Source: a virus (Duplodnaviria > Caudoviricetes). From it: a stretch of 52,315 bases of DNA. Position 1 is the first letter of the stretch. Each line of letters opens with the position of its first letter. The notes beneath the pieces were generated by a model. It saw only the letters and a program-made list of their open reading frames with translations, was not told the DNA's origin and made no database searches. Positions 1 through 9,884 of the stretch are shown here, one piece after another. The DNA is taken from the IMG/VR virus record IMGVR_UViG_3300023435_000020, positions 1 through 52,315 of that record. One strand, given 5' to 3'. The position numbers and the translations under genes are program-made.

Positions 1-221
1 TCAAGTTGACCGACTACGCTCACACCGCACTTTCGGACAACCGGCTTCGCATCGGGTTCACGAACCCAAAGGCCAAGAGGGCCGGACACGTGTGGCTCAT
101 CTTCAACAGGGCGAGCATCGAATGCTATGGCGGGCGTGGGGCGGGTCGCCGAGCCTGGGACACTTCGGTCTTGGCGGACAGGGCGGACTTCTGCTTTGTT
201 CTGACCGAGCCGATTCAGTAA
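1..221 (+). CDS. 3' end of a gene entering the window, unknown function
   Basis: Frame is open from the window edge to TAA at 219-221 and converges with the next minus-strand gene. The GHVW segment is loosely peptidase-like but not diagnostic. Confidence 0.4.
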   Translation, partial: KLTDYAHTALSDNRLRIGFTNPKAKRAGHVWLIFNRASIECYGGRGAGRRAWDTSVLADRADFCFVLTEPIQ

Positions 222-409
222 GACGGCGGCGGGGCACTGACGATTAGGTTGGCGACACATAGCAACGTGACACCGATCCCAGCAAGGGCGAGCAGAGTCA
301 ACACAACGGTTTCCGCCCAGTGCATCTTGGTGCGGCCGCATTCCATGATCCGTTCGACGTATCGAAAGATGGTGTAGCAGGCTATGATGATCCCAATACT
401 GGCGAGCAT
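215..409 (-). CDS. Small membrane protein with 2 TM segments (64 aa)
   Basis: ATG at 409 follows AAGGAG. Hydrophobic stretches LASIGIIIACYTIF and VVLTLLALAGIGVTLLCVANLIV. Confidence 0.65.
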   Translation of the reverse strand: MLASIGIIIACYTIFRYVERIMECGRTKMHWAETVVLTLLALAGIGVTLLCVANLIVSAPPPSY

Positions 410-984
410 GACGATTCTTCTCCTTGCTTCCGTGTATTGTCTGCCGCTGCAAGCGGGTCGTGCGCATCCATCACGGCGTGCACGACCCGCTTGTCCGCCT
501 GGACATACATTCGTGTAGTTTCGAGACATTCGTGGCCCGCCTGCGCTTGGGCAGCAAACACGTTGAATCGGGCCATTTCTGTAATACAATACCTGCGCCC
601 GGAGTGGGATGTCAATTTGATTCCGACGTTGCTGGCCGCGCGTTGTAGAGATCGTGCGAGGGTTGTGCTCGTGTAGGGCGTGCCATTCCGGGAGACAAAC
701 AGGTTGTCGTTTGGCACGTCCATTGCTTCGCGCGCCGCAAGGTATTGGATCAACACCGTTGCGACCGTCTCCGGAAACGCGACAACACGCGGCTTGTGTG
801 TCTTGGACGTTCGCACCGTGATCTCTTTGCAGTCCAGGTCAATGTCGGCTATGCGCAGTCCGCTCGCTTCGGAGATTCGGAGTCCAACACCGAACAGCAA
901 TGCAGCCACGGTCCAATCGCGCAGGGGGCGATAGCGCGTCGTGCTCTTCTGCTCGCTCTGGATGTGGGCGAATAGCCGCCCCAC
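382..984 (-). pseudogene. Tyrosine recombinase catalytic domain only (no N-terminal core-binding domain)
   Basis: GLRISE, SKT, HSGRR, AGH and RMY give the full R-K-H-R-H-Y set. An in-frame TGA at 997-999 lies just upstream and there is no well-spaced SD. Confidence 0.75.
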
Positions 985-1243
985 ATGCGGTCTGGATCAG
1001 GTCCTCGCTTGCGACAACTTCGTCATTCACATTACCGGCCAGTTGAAATAGCCGCTGGGTTTGATCTGGTGACAGATCGAAACCACGGGCGAACCTCGCG
1101 TTGATCTTGGACGACGGAACATGCCCCTGTAGCATCCGGCTGATATACGCCTCGGAAATGCCCGTCTGAGATGCCGCCTGTGCCAACCCTACCGGCCTGG
1201 TAACGTCGCGGATGAATTGCGCGTATTCCTCTGAGATTGCCAC
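839..1243 (-). CDS. XRE-family HTH repressor-like protein
   Basis: GTG at 1243 after AAGGAGG. LAQAASQTGISEAYISRMLQG helix-turn-helix. Divergent from a cro-like gene. The C-terminal third overlaps the recombinase frame. Confidence 0.7.
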   Translation of the reverse strand: MAISEEYAQFIRDVTRPVGLAQAASQTGISEAYISRMLQGHVPSSKINARFARGFDLSPDQTQRLFQLAGNVNDEVVASEDLIQTACGAAIRPHPERAEEHDALSPPARLDRGCIAVRCWTPNLRSERTAHSRH

Positions 1244-1283
1244 GATTATCTTCCCACCTCCTTTCCCTGTCAGCATTCTAGTT

Positions 1284-1408
1284 ACCTCTGTTGCCCTCTG
1301 TTGTCGCTCTAAACCACACTATTATACCCCCCTGACAAAAGTTTACCACTGGTACAATTACCTGTTTTGAAAAAACCTGTTGACAGCGAACCTCGGCTGT
1401 GGTATATT
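1284..1408. promoter_or_regulatory. Divergent promoter region of the repressor/cro switch
   Basis: Plus strand: TTGACA (1380-1385), 17 bp, TATATT (1403-1408) with extended TG. Minus strand: TATAAT at 1321-1326. CCTCTGTTG x2 and ACCTGTT x2 are possible operators. Confidence 0.75.
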
Positions 1409-1454
1409 TTCACCAACATGGGCCCCGCTGCAACGTGCTACACGGAGGTAACCC

Positions 1455-1682
1455 TTGACTGAACGGAGTCGCAAGCGTCCCCTCGATACAGTGATAAAGC
1501 TGATTACCGGCACGGAGGCCGATGCCTACCTCCACACCCAGATTCAAGCAGGCAGATCCTCACGGGAAATCGCCCAACAACTCGACAACAACTGCACGTA
1601 CGCGGCAATACTGCATCGCATCAAGGGGTTGGGATATACCTGGGATGGCGAGCGGTGGATTCAGGCAAAGGTCGCCGCATAG
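1455..1682 (+). CDS. Cro-like small HTH protein
   Basis: TTG after GGAGG. GRSSREIAQQL...AAILHRIK HTH pattern. First gene downstream of the consensus promoter. Confidence 0.65.
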   Translation: MTERSRKRPLDTVIKLITGTEADAYLHTQIQAGRSSREIAQQLDNNCTYAAILHRIKGLGYTWDGERWIQAKVAA

Positions 1683-1694
1683 AAAGGAGTCCTT

Positions 1695-1805
1695 GTGCAC
1701 ACTAGGGTCGTGAGCAGAATCGGGTTCGTCGCTGGTGTCGTTGTGGGAGTAACGGCACTGTGGGTGGGCATCTACGCGATCGTCGCCCACGCGTTCGCAC
1801 ACTAA
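1695..1805 (+). CDS. Small single-TM peptide (36 aa)
   Basis: AAAGGAG then GTG. Hydrophobic IGFVAGVVVGVTALWVGIYAIV. Read by hand; below the ORF-track cutoff. Confidence 0.5.
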   Translation: MHTRVVSRIGFVAGVVVGVTALWVGIYAIVAHAFAH

Positions 1806-1825
1806 CACACAAACGGGAGAATCAC

Positions 1826-2281
1826 ATGGCTACTACCGCAATAGTTGATGGGAGGATCGTCCGCAGAACCAAACGAATGCCGCGCCGTCGGGCCGATTCG
1901 TTTGCCCGGATGCTCCAACACAACAGCCGCCTGCCCTTGACCGGCATCGAGGTTGTGATCGAGGGTGACTACGGCACGGTCGAGTTCTGTCCGACCGGGA
2001 ACCTGCAAAAGCGGCTCATCGATGAACAGCAGCAACGGCGGCTCGCCAAGGTGCCCGACGTCAAGAGATACAAATGGCGACGCATCGGCACCCGCGCCTG
2101 GCATTGCACGAGCTCCGAGGACAACCACTACAGCATCTTTCTGGACGCGCCCAAGTGCACGTGTCCGGACTGGTCGAGAATGCACGCTCTGGACAAGAAG
2201 TGCAAACACTTCCTCGCGGCCGAGCTCGGCGAAGCGAACTGGCAGAGAGATCACACAGGTGAATCGAATGGCGCTCGGTAG
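1826..2281 (+). CDS. SWIM zinc-finger protein
   Basis: YSIFLDAPKCTCPDW...KCKHFLA (CxC...CxH). ATG at 1826 preceded by ACACACAAACGGGAG. Confidence 0.75.
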   Translation: MATTAIVDGRIVRRTKRMPRRRADSFARMLQHNSRLPLTGIEVVIEGDYGTVEFCPTGNLQKRLIDEQQQRRLAKVPDVKRYKWRRIGTRAWHCTSSEDNHYSIFLDAPKCTCPDWSRMHALDKKCKHFLAAELGEANWQRDHTGESNGAR

Positions 2282-2525
2282 ATGCATCGCATGGGACTAT
2301 GCGCGGGACTATTTGATCATCGTCGGGTGTGTGGTTGTCGGTATGTATATCACATTCTTCGCGGCCCCGGCAGTATGGAGAGCGATCGCAAACTGGTTCG
2401 AGGCACGGCGGATGAACCCATTTCTCAAACGGATACGGCAGCAACCGGACATCATCGGTTGGCTGATGGATAACAAAACGCCAAGGAGGGAACGATGGGG
2501 CAACACATTTCGCACTCGCAGATAG
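2268..2525 (+). CDS. Hypothetical membrane protein
   Basis: ATG at 2268, one TM segment (YLIIVGCVVVGMYITFFAAPAVW), overlaps both neighbours as in an operon. Confidence 0.5.
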   Translation: MALGRCIAWDYARDYLIIVGCVVVGMYITFFAAPAVWRAIANWFEARRMNPFLKRIRQQPDIIGWLMDNKTPRRERWGNTFRTRR

Positions 2526-3256
2526 GTAAGATGCTATCGTGCGCGCGGCAATACCAATACTCGTATATCGACAAACTCGATTCACTGTGGGGATATCCGT
2601 TCCTGCTGGGGCAATCCTACCACGCCGCGATCGAGCGGAACTTCCGCGCCAAACTCAACACTGGAGAGGATCTGGCTGTTGAGGATTGTGTTGCGGCGTT
2701 CGAATCGTACTGGAACTCCGAACTTGGTAGCCGGGAGTGGAACTGGAAAGACCAGAAGCCCGGAGATATCTACGATCACGGCGTCGGGCTTGTCAGGCTC
2801 TACCTCGCAACGACGGCGCCGTTTGTGATGCCTGCGCAGGTCGAAGTTCCGTTCAACATCCCGTTCCCCGAACTGACAGGCCGCACACTCAAGGGCCGGA
2901 TCGACCTGATAACCGACAAGGGCGTGGTTGTCGACCACAAGACCTCGACCAAGGCAAAAAGCGAGAAGATGATCCACAAGGAGATCCAGTTCTCCGCCTA
3001 CGCCGCAGTGGTACTCGCGGACCCCGCGCTGGACGTGGTTCCGTGTGCGTGGCACACCGCGATCTATAAAAGCAAGCCCGAGATACAGGAACTCGGGACG
3101 GAGCGAAACCGCGCTGATGTTGCGTGGTATCTGGCGCTGTGCGAGCAGGTGATACGGCAGATCGATTCGGGCATCTTCCCGCCGAACCCCACGTCGATGT
3201 TCTGCTCCCCGGACAACTGCGGGTTCTGGGATAGATGCAAGGCAGGTGCGCGCTGA
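2495..3256 (+). CDS. RecB-family PD-(D/E)xK exonuclease (Cas4-like, 4 Cys)
   Basis: ISHSQI...C, G..YHAAIE, LKGRIDLI, VVDHKTS, Q..AY and C-terminal C..C..C. Adjacent to a RecT/Bet gene. Confidence 0.85.
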   Translation: MGQHISHSQIGKMLSCARQYQYSYIDKLDSLWGYPFLLGQSYHAAIERNFRAKLNTGEDLAVEDCVAAFESYWNSELGSREWNWKDQKPGDIYDHGVGLVRLYLATTAPFVMPAQVEVPFNIPFPELTGRTLKGRIDLITDKGVVVDHKTSTKAKSEKMIHKEIQFSAYAAVVLADPALDVVPCAWHTAIYKSKPEIQELGTERNRADVAWYLALCEQVIRQIDSGIFPPNPTSMFCSPDNCGFWDRCKAGAR

Positions 3257-4443
3257 TGGCCTACACCAAAGATCAGCAGGCACTCCTCGATAGGTGGAAG
3301 AAGCACGCGAACATCGCCCTGCGTCAGAAGACCAGAGATGGGTGGGTAATGCCGTCGAAAGCAGAGCAGGATTACCTCTTCGACATGGCGCTCGACTACG
3401 GCCTCGATCCACTAAAGAAAGAGATTTGCCTGGTGTTCGGCAATATCTACTTCACCGTCGGCGGGCTCTACCGAATCGCCAACCGGGACGACATACTGAA
3501 CGGGGTGGAAACGACTGACGCGCAGTATGTCAATCCGATCGACCCGGAAGTCGAGACATCGCGCAGGTGGATCATCACGGTGCGGATGTGGAAAAAAGGC
3601 GCAGAGCATCCATTCGAAGGGGTTGTCGACGAACTCGAGTACCGCAACAGCAAGAGTGATATCTGGCAGAAGTGCCCGCGCCGAATGACTACCAAGTGTG
3701 GCGAAGCACTCGTGCTGCGAATGATGCTCAATGTCGGCATTCCTACGATCGAGGAAATGGGATACGACGAAGCGACGGGAACAACGGCCGAAGAAGCGAT
3801 CGTGGAAACCCGCGCCGTCGAGCAGGTCGAGAAAGCAACGGACAACGCAGAAGCGGCCAAAGAGAAGAAAGAGGCCGCAACAACAGAGAAGAAAGAGGCC
3901 AAGGCCGAGAAGAGCACCAAGACGCAGCTTGAGATGATCGGGTCGCTCTACAAACGAATGGGGCTCAAGCGCGCGGGCGACGACGGCAGCGAGGCACTGT
4001 TCAAGAAGCAGTTCCCCGAGCTTGACCGCGAACAGTATCTCACCAAAGACCCGGCCGACACCTACATCCGGTTCCTCTACGGAAGACTATTGGCGTTCAC
4101 GATCAAGCAATCGGGTCTGCCAAAGGAACTTATTGAGAAAACCATCGGCGACACGATCAAGGATACCAAGAACCTTACGCCGGAAGAGGCGGACGCGTGT
4201 ATCCTCGCTCTGAAACACCACGTGATCGACCAGTTCTACACCAAGCTCGGTTGGAGTGAGGACGAGCGCACGAAGCACTGGGGCGTGCACAGTCCGGACA
4301 TCGCGTCAGTCTCCGATGCGAGTGTCGATCAACTCGAGGGCTACATTGCCGAACTCGAAGCGGCGCTGGAGGAATCTCAGAAGTCCCCTGCCACGGATGG
4401 CAAGCCCACGGATGGCGCGGGACAGGGCAGCCTAGTCGAATAG
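3256..4443 (+). CDS. bet: RecT/Bet-family single-strand annealing protein
   Basis: GLDPLKKEICLV, VGGLYRIANR, W..PRRMTTKCGEALVLR. TGATG coupling to the exonuclease. Confidence 0.8.
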   Translation: MAYTKDQQALLDRWKKHANIALRQKTRDGWVMPSKAEQDYLFDMALDYGLDPLKKEICLVFGNIYFTVGGLYRIANRDDILNGVETTDAQYVNPIDPEVETSRRWIITVRMWKKGAEHPFEGVVDELEYRNSKSDIWQKCPRRMTTKCGEALVLRMMLNVGIPTIEEMGYDEATGTTAEEAIVETRAVEQVEKATDNAEAAKEKKEAATTEKKEAKAEKSTKTQLEMIGSLYKRMGLKRAGDDGSEALFKKQFPELDREQYLTKDPADTYIRFLYGRLLAFTIKQSGLPKELIEKTIGDTIKDTKNLTPEEADACILALKHHVIDQFYTKLGWSEDERTKHWGVHSPDIASVSDASVDQLEGYIAELEAALEESQKSPATDGKPTDGAGQGSLVE

Positions 4444-4511
4444 GCGACTCGCAAGGGGTGCGGGACAGGACGTTTCGCGCCCCTTGAACTTCACACAAGC
4501 GGGAGCAGATT

Positions 4512-5108
4512 ATGGAAATCCATAAGACGGAAGTAGACCAAGGCGACTCAAAGTCGAGCGTAACGATAATCAGAATCAAGCCGGACTGCGAAAGGGGCAA
4601 CCTAGCTGCATTCCGGAACGCAGTGGCCATTGCGCTTACTCAACGTGGCTGGGAGACTGATTCCGACTGTAAGTTCTTCCGGCTCAAGATTGCTGGCTTC
4701 CCCCCTCACGTTCGTCATGAATGGAATGCGCGGTGGGAAGAGGGAGCGTTTAGGATCGATGGGTGCGCGCTTACGCGGACCCACCCGCAGGCCATGAGTA
4801 AGGCGATGCGCGAGGTCGAGGAAGTCTGCAAGGCGGCCGAAAGAGTGTTGCCGATCTGCGCGCTTATCGCCGCGGAACACGAAGCCGCGGTGATCGAGGT
4901 AGCTGAAGGGGTGCTGAATCAGGCCAATGGCCTACAGAGGCAGATATCCTCGAACACTGGCTGCATCGGTGCGATCGAGTCCGAACTCACTGACCACATC
5001 CAGGAGATGCACCGACCGTGGTGGCAGAAGGCATGGGAAGCGTGGGCAAGCATCTGGAACCCGCCCGCGCCGCCGCGTGAAACAGACGACCTCGGGGACA
5101 TCGCGTAA
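4512..5108 (+). CDS. Hypothetical protein with C-terminal coiled coil and RPWW motif
   Basis: 198-aa ORF preceded by a hairpin (4452-4486) and CACACAAGCGGGAG. Confidence 0.65.
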   Translation: MEIHKTEVDQGDSKSSVTIIRIKPDCERGNLAAFRNAVAIALTQRGWETDSDCKFFRLKIAGFPPHVRHEWNARWEEGAFRIDGCALTRTHPQAMSKAMREVEEVCKAAERVLPICALIAAEHEAAVIEVAEGVLNQANGLQRQISSNTGCIGAIESELTDHIQEMHRPWWQKAWEAWASIWNPPAPPRETDDLGDIA

Positions 5109-5200
5109 ACTTTCGCCGCCCCGTTCCTGCTTGAATCTATTACATCAGGTGGATCTACTGTCACACCAGCGGGGCGGCGATTCGATTCAAGGAGAAAAGC

Positions 5201-5404
5201 ATGGACGACGCGACCATCATGGTTTTTCACTGCGACCGCGCCCAATCCGACTACGAATTACCGCTCGATGAATGGCGGAGCGTGTCGGATCGGAACGCGA
5301 CGTGTCCGGGTTGCGGGCAGCGGATCTGGCTCACATCGTATCCGGGCGAACGAGTGACCGATCGTGCGAAGGCACCCAAACACTACAGAGTCGAGGCGAA
5401 GTGA
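5201..5404 (+). CDS. Small zinc-ribbon-like protein
   Basis: AAGGAG SD and CPGC motif. Confidence 0.6.
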   Translation: MDDATIMVFHCDRAQSDYELPLDEWRSVSDRNATCPGCGQRIWLTSYPGERVTDRAKAPKHYRVEAK

Positions 5405-5631
5405 TGGCTTTCATATCTCGGATCTCATACAACCGCGTTGTCTCCGACGGCAACTTCGGCAACGACTCGATCCGGGCGGAAATGGAGTTGAGCGAGACAG
5501 ACGACCCTTGCGTTGCGGCTCAGGAGTTGCGGCACTTTGTGAACGAGCAGATATACAACGCGCGGTGCGATCGGCTGAACGGAACCGAGGTGGACTCAGA
5601 CTACGATGATCCGTTCACTGAAGAGGGATAG
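5404..5631 (+). CDS. Hypothetical protein with acidic DDPF tail
   Basis: TGATG coupling. MAFISRISYNR...GNFGND. Confidence 0.6.
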   Translation: MAFISRISYNRVVSDGNFGNDSIRAEMELSETDDPCVAAQELRHFVNEQIYNARCDRLNGTEVDSDYDDPFTEEG

Positions 5632-5651
5632 GGCATAACAAGGGGGCGAAC

Positions 5652-7658
5652 ATGGTTGACCTGGAGGGACTGAACACACAGCAGTTGGAGGCCGTGAATC
5701 ACGGGCGCGGGCCGTGCCTCGTGTTGGCAACCGCGGGTTCGGGCAAGACTCGTGTTTTGACACTACGCGCGGGGCGGCTGATCGAGGATGGTTATGTAGA
5801 TCCCACGCGATTGCTGCTCGCGACATTCACGCGCAAAGCCGCCGACGAGATGCGGTCGCGACTCAAGACGTTCATCGGCGAGGAGGCGGACCGGGCGTGG
5901 ATCGGCACGTTTCACTCGCACTGCCTGCGCATACTCAAGATCACGTATCACGAGCTCGGATACCCGACGTTCGAAACGCTGGCGCCCGGACAGGCGATAC
6001 GGCTGGCGCGGGACATTCTCGGGCCGCGCGATGCAAAACACACCTACGCGATGGAATGGGATACCGACCCGAAGGCCGTGCTGTCGACGATATCCCGCGC
6101 GAAAGCAGATCTGGTCGATGTCGATATTTGCGAGCCCTACTTCGAACGGCTCGGGCTATTGCCGATTGTCGATCGCACAATTGATTTCTGGCACAGGTAC
6201 GAAGACCAGAAGCGGCAACGCCGATTGCTCGACTTCGACGACTTTCTGCTTCGAACGCATCAACTGATGGCAAAGCAGCCGGAGGTCTTGGATCGATGGC
6301 AATCGTCGTTCGACTTCATCCTCGAGGACGAGGTGCAGGACACGATGATAGCCCAACATGCCATAGTCACGGCGCTCGCGGCCGGGCACCGGAACTACTT
6401 TGCCGTCGGGGATGCAAATCAGTCGATCTACGGGTTCCGCGGGTCGGCGCCGGATCTGACTGTGCTGTCGTTCCAGAAGCAGTATCCGGACGGCGTGATT
6501 ATCAAGTTGCCGAAGAACTATCGGTCGCAAGCGGAGATCGTCGACGCGGGCGCCAGTCTGATCCAGTGCAATCCGATGTCGGCAAACTACAGCCTGGAGC
6601 CCAACGCCCATCGACCCGCCGGCGACGACCCCGTGGTGATCGAATCGGTCGACGAGGACGAAGAGGCCGAGCACGCCGCCGACATAATACGGCATCATCG
6701 GTCTATCGGGGTGAAGTATGGAGACATCGCTATACTCTACCGCACGAACGCGCAGTCGCGGGCTCTCGAGGACGCGATGGTCAGACACGACATCCCCTAC
6801 ATCGTCTACGGCAGTTGTGGGTTCTACTCGCGCCGAGAGATCATGGATCTGCTTGCGTATCTCCAGCTTGCACACGATGCGAATTGCCCGGTCGGTGATG
6901 ACGCCCTGAAGCGGGTTATCAATGTTGCGTCGATCTGGTTCGGCACTCGCAACGGCATGCCTAAGACCACGCACTTTCTCGGGCGGGCTTTCCTGGATGA
7001 ACTGAAGCGCACCGCGAAAGCGTCCGGTTGTTCGATGTCCCAAGCGCTCAGTGCCGGCATGTGGAAGCCCTGGCAATCGGATGGGGTAGATGATTGTCTT
7101 GATATCGTCAGCAGCGTTCGACACGCCGGGCCGAGGCCGGTGCAGATGATACAGAAGGCGCGGGGGATTGCCTACGATGCGTATTTGGCGCGCGAAGAGG
7201 GCGCCGCGGACAACGACAACGAGGGCACCCGATCCGACAACCTCGACGAACTGGAGCGCGCCGCGGACGGATTCAGCAATGTTGCGGCGTTCCTAGCGTT
7301 CGTCGAGAAACAGCAGTCCAAGGCGAAGAAGCCGAAGAAAGATGAGGATTGCGTGCAACTGCTCACGCTGCACCGCGCAAAGGGTCTTGAGTGGCCGATA
7401 GTCTTCCTTTCCGGTGTCGCGCACGGCTTATTGCCTCACAAACGCTCTCTGCGCTATCTGGACGCGCTCAAGCGCATTGTGGACCCGGCGTCGATCGAGG
7501 AAGAGCGGCGGCTTTGTTACGTCGGCATCACTCGCGCGATGGACAACCTGTATGTGTCGCGACTGCTCACCCGGAACGGGCAGGAGATGCCGCTATCGAC
7601 GTTTCTTGTCGAAGCCGGCGTGGTCGATGAAAAGGAACTCTTGCAGGAGGTTAGTTGA
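5652..7658 (+). CDS. uvrD: UvrD/PcrA-family SF1 helicase
   Basis: LNTQQ, ATAGSGKT, TFTRKAA, TFHS, DEVQD, VGDANQSIYGFRG, NYRS, LYRTNAQSR, TLHRAKGLEW, EERRLCYVGITRA. Confidence 0.95.
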   Translation: MVDLEGLNTQQLEAVNHGRGPCLVLATAGSGKTRVLTLRAGRLIEDGYVDPTRLLLATFTRKAADEMRSRLKTFIGEEADRAWIGTFHSHCLRILKITYHELGYPTFETLAPGQAIRLARDILGPRDAKHTYAMEWDTDPKAVLSTISRAKADLVDVDICEPYFERLGLLPIVDRTIDFWHRYEDQKRQRRLLDFDDFLLRTHQLMAKQPEVLDRWQSSFDFILEDEVQDTMIAQHAIVTALAAGHRNYFAVGDANQSIYGFRGSAPDLTVLSFQKQYPDGVIIKLPKNYRSQAEIVDAGASLIQCNPMSANYSLEPNAHRPAGDDPVVIESVDEDEEAEHAADIIRHHRSIGVKYGDIAILYRTNAQSRALEDAMVRHDIPYIVYGSCGFYSRREIMDLLAYLQLAHDANCPVGDDALKRVINVASIWFGTRNGMPKTTHFLGRAFLDELKRTAKASGCSMSQALSAGMWKPWQSDGVDDCLDIVSSVRHAGPRPVQMIQKARGIAYDAYLAREEGAADNDNEGTRSDNLDELERAADGFSNVAAFLAFVEKQQSKAKKPKKDEDCVQLLTLHRAKGLEWPIVFLSGVAHGLLPHKRSLRYLDALKRIVDPASIEEERRLCYVGITRAMDNLYVSRLLTRNGQEMPLSTFLVEAGVVDEKELLQEVS

Positions 7659-8569
7659 TGGCCAGGATACGCACGATCCACCCATCGGTGTGGGACGATG
7701 AGGATGTCGGCTCGTTTTCGGATGGCGCTTTCCGCGCACTCATCGTGCTTATCTCAAACGCCGACGACGAAGGCCGGGTGCAAGCGTCGGCTCGATATGT
7801 GCGGGGTATCGCGTGGAGATATCAGGAAAATTACTTGATAGCGACGGTGCAAGCACACATCGAAGAGGTAGATAAGGGAATGCGGAGTTTCGTCCGGTAC
7901 GTCGTGGACGGCCGTGAATACGCGGTGTTCTTGAAGTATCGTGACTGGCAGACACCAAAGAAACCCCAGCCCTCCAAGCTGCCTCCCCCTCCTGCCGCCG
8001 CAATAGAATCTAAGCGGGAACTAGTGAAGAACCGGTGTGGTACCAGTGGGTTACCAGTGGCGGACGACGGCGGAACCGTTGTGTTACCAGTTCCCCCAGG
8101 GTTACCCATTGGTGTGGAAAAGGTAACCACAAGTAGAAGTAAAGTAAAGCATGTAGAAGATATAGAAGGGAAGGGTGTGGGAAGGGATTCGGAGGAACTG
8201 TTCCCTCTTGCATGCACCATTAACGCAAGTATACGTCAGTGTTTCGAGGTTCTATCCGACATCAAGGGTTATCCCTACGACGCGCAGAAGGACGGAGATC
8301 ACATCGGAAAGCTCATGGCTGAGTTCCCGAATGCAGATCCCGTCAAGGTCTGTCGCGACTTCGCAACTTACGTGCTCGACAAACCCTTGAAGAAAAAAGC
8401 GAACCCACGCCTGCAACTACGGCGCTTCTTTAGCAACGCGAACGATTGGCATGTCCGGGACAATGGCAGTGGAACTCCCGTCGCATCAGCAGGTGCGGAT
8501 GAACCTCGCTACACCGATAGCGAGGATATGATAGCAGCCATAAGGGGGGCCACCGATGCCGACGAGTGA
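7658..8569 (+). CDS. Phage replication initiator (replisome-organiser type)
   Basis: MARIRTIHPSVW...LISNADDEGR N-terminus, low-complexity linker, position directly upstream of DnaB. Confidence 0.8.
   Translation: MARIRTIHPSVWDDEDVGSFSDGAFRALIVLISNADDEGRVQASARYVRGIAWRYQENYLIATVQAHIEEVDKGMRSFVRYVVDGREYAVFLKYRDWQTPKKPQPSKLPPPPAAAIESKRELVKNRCGTSGLPVADDGGTVVLPVPPGLPIGVEKVTTSRSKVKHVEDIEGKGVGRDSEELFPLACTINASIRQCFEVLSDIKGYPYDAQKDGDHIGKLMAEFPNADPVKVCRDFATYVLDKPLKKKANPRLQLRRFFSNANDWHVRDNGSGTPVASAGADEPRYTDSEDMIAAIRGATDADE
8036..8175. other. Putative replication origin inside the initiator gene
   Basis: TACCAGT x3 plus GGTTACC/GGTAACC, followed by a purine-rich tract (AAGTAGAAGTAAAGTAAAG...GAAGGGAAGGG), as in lambdoid origins. 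Confidence 0.55.
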
Positions 8570-9884
8570 GAGTGACACCATCACCCGGGTTCCTCCACAA
8601 AGCCTCGAGGCGGAGCAGGCAGTGTTGGGCTCGATGATGATAGATAAAGATGCATGCGATATTGGCCTTGAAATGCTGCATCCGGATGACTTCTATCGCC
8701 CGGCGCATCAAGAGGTTTTTCGGGCGCTCGGGGCGACGATCGCACGAAACGAGCCCAACGACCTGATTGCGATACAGGAGGAGTTACGCGATCGAGATCA
8801 ACTCGCAAACTGCGGTGGAACGGAATATCTGATGGCGCTGATAGACACGGTGCCGACTGCCGCGAACATCCAATACTACTCCAACATCGTGCGGCAGAAG
8901 GGCTTGCTTCGCTCATTGATCCACGCCGGCACACGGATTGTGGAGATTGTGCACAAAGAAGAGGGCAACCGTGAAGCCGAAGAGATACTGGCGGCGGCGG
9001 AGAACCTGATTCTACGGATCGGGGAACGTAAGAGCGGCGACGACATCGCGGAACTCGATGATGTCTACGACGAGATATACGCCAAGCTGCCGACGATGAA
9101 GACGAACTACGGAGCGCCAATCTGCCTGCCGAAGCTCGCGGACGCCTGTATCAGCATGGCCTACGGCGAACACATCGTGATAGGCGCCCGGCCGATGGTC
9201 GGAAAGAGCGCGTTTGTGTGGCAACTGCTAACCCACGCCGTGCGAAAAGATTGCCCGGCGGCGATATTCTCGCTTGAGATGTCCAAGGAGCAATTTGTGC
9301 TGCGCGACCTCGCGGGCGAGTCGGGGATACACCTGTGGCGGATGCTGTCGGAAGAGATGGACGACAACGAATACGCGCGAGTAGGATCGGCTGCTAACCG
9401 GGCTAAGGGGAACCGACCAATCATCGTGAATGCCGCGGGCTGGACGACGGCGGAGATAGCGGCATGCGCCCGGCGGCTTGTGCGGAAGGGCGTGAAGATC
9501 ATTGCGGTCGATCACATCCAGTTGGTGAGTAGTTCGGCGTCGAGTGAGCACGAGCAGATCAAGCAGATATCTCGAGATCTGCAAACCCTGGCTGCCCGCC
9601 TGAATATCAGCGTTATCAGTCTGTCTCAGTTCAACCGCAACATCGAACGCCGCGGGCCGGACGCCCGTCCGCGCCTCAGCGACTTGATGGGCTCTGGTGC
9701 GATCGAGGCCAACGCCGATATCATCTGGATGCTCTGGCGCAAACTCAACCCCGAGGAGCAATCGTCGATGGGTGTAACCGAGGCAGAGATCATCGTCGCC
9801 AAGAACAGGATGCTACCGTCCGCAGTCGTGAAATGCGGGTTCCTCGGGCGCAAGTTCCGGTTCGTAGAAAGGGCGGCGGCATGA
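8556..9884 (+). CDS. dnaB: Replicative DNA helicase
   Basis: PPQSLEAEQAVLG, GARPMVGKS, FSLEM, VDHIQL, LSQFNR, PRLSDL..SGAIEANAD, IVAKNR. Confidence 0.95.
   Translation: MPTSESDTITRVPPQSLEAEQAVLGSMMIDKDACDIGLEMLHPDDFYRPAHQEVFRALGATIARNEPNDLIAIQEELRDRDQLANCGGTEYLMALIDTVPTAANIQYYSNIVRQKGLLRSLIHAGTRIVEIVHKEEGNREAEEILAAAENLILRIGERKSGDDIAELDDVYDEIYAKLPTMKTNYGAPICLPKLADACISMAYGEHIVIGARPMVGKSAFVWQLLTHAVRKDCPAAIFSLEMSKEQFVLRDLAGESGIHLWRMLSEEMDDNEYARVGSAANRAKGNRPIIVNAAGWTTAEIAACARRLVRKGVKIIAVDHIQLVSSSASSEHEQIKQISRDLQTLAARLNISVISLSQFNRNIERRGPDARPRLSDLMGSGAIEANADIIWMLWRKLNPEEQSSMGVTEAEIIVAKNRMLPSAVVKCGFLGRKFRFVERAAA

Noticed and set aside
2495-3256. Cas4 of a CRISPR system
   Set aside because: It is paired with RecT/Bet like a normal phage recombination exonuclease; no cas1, cas2 or array.
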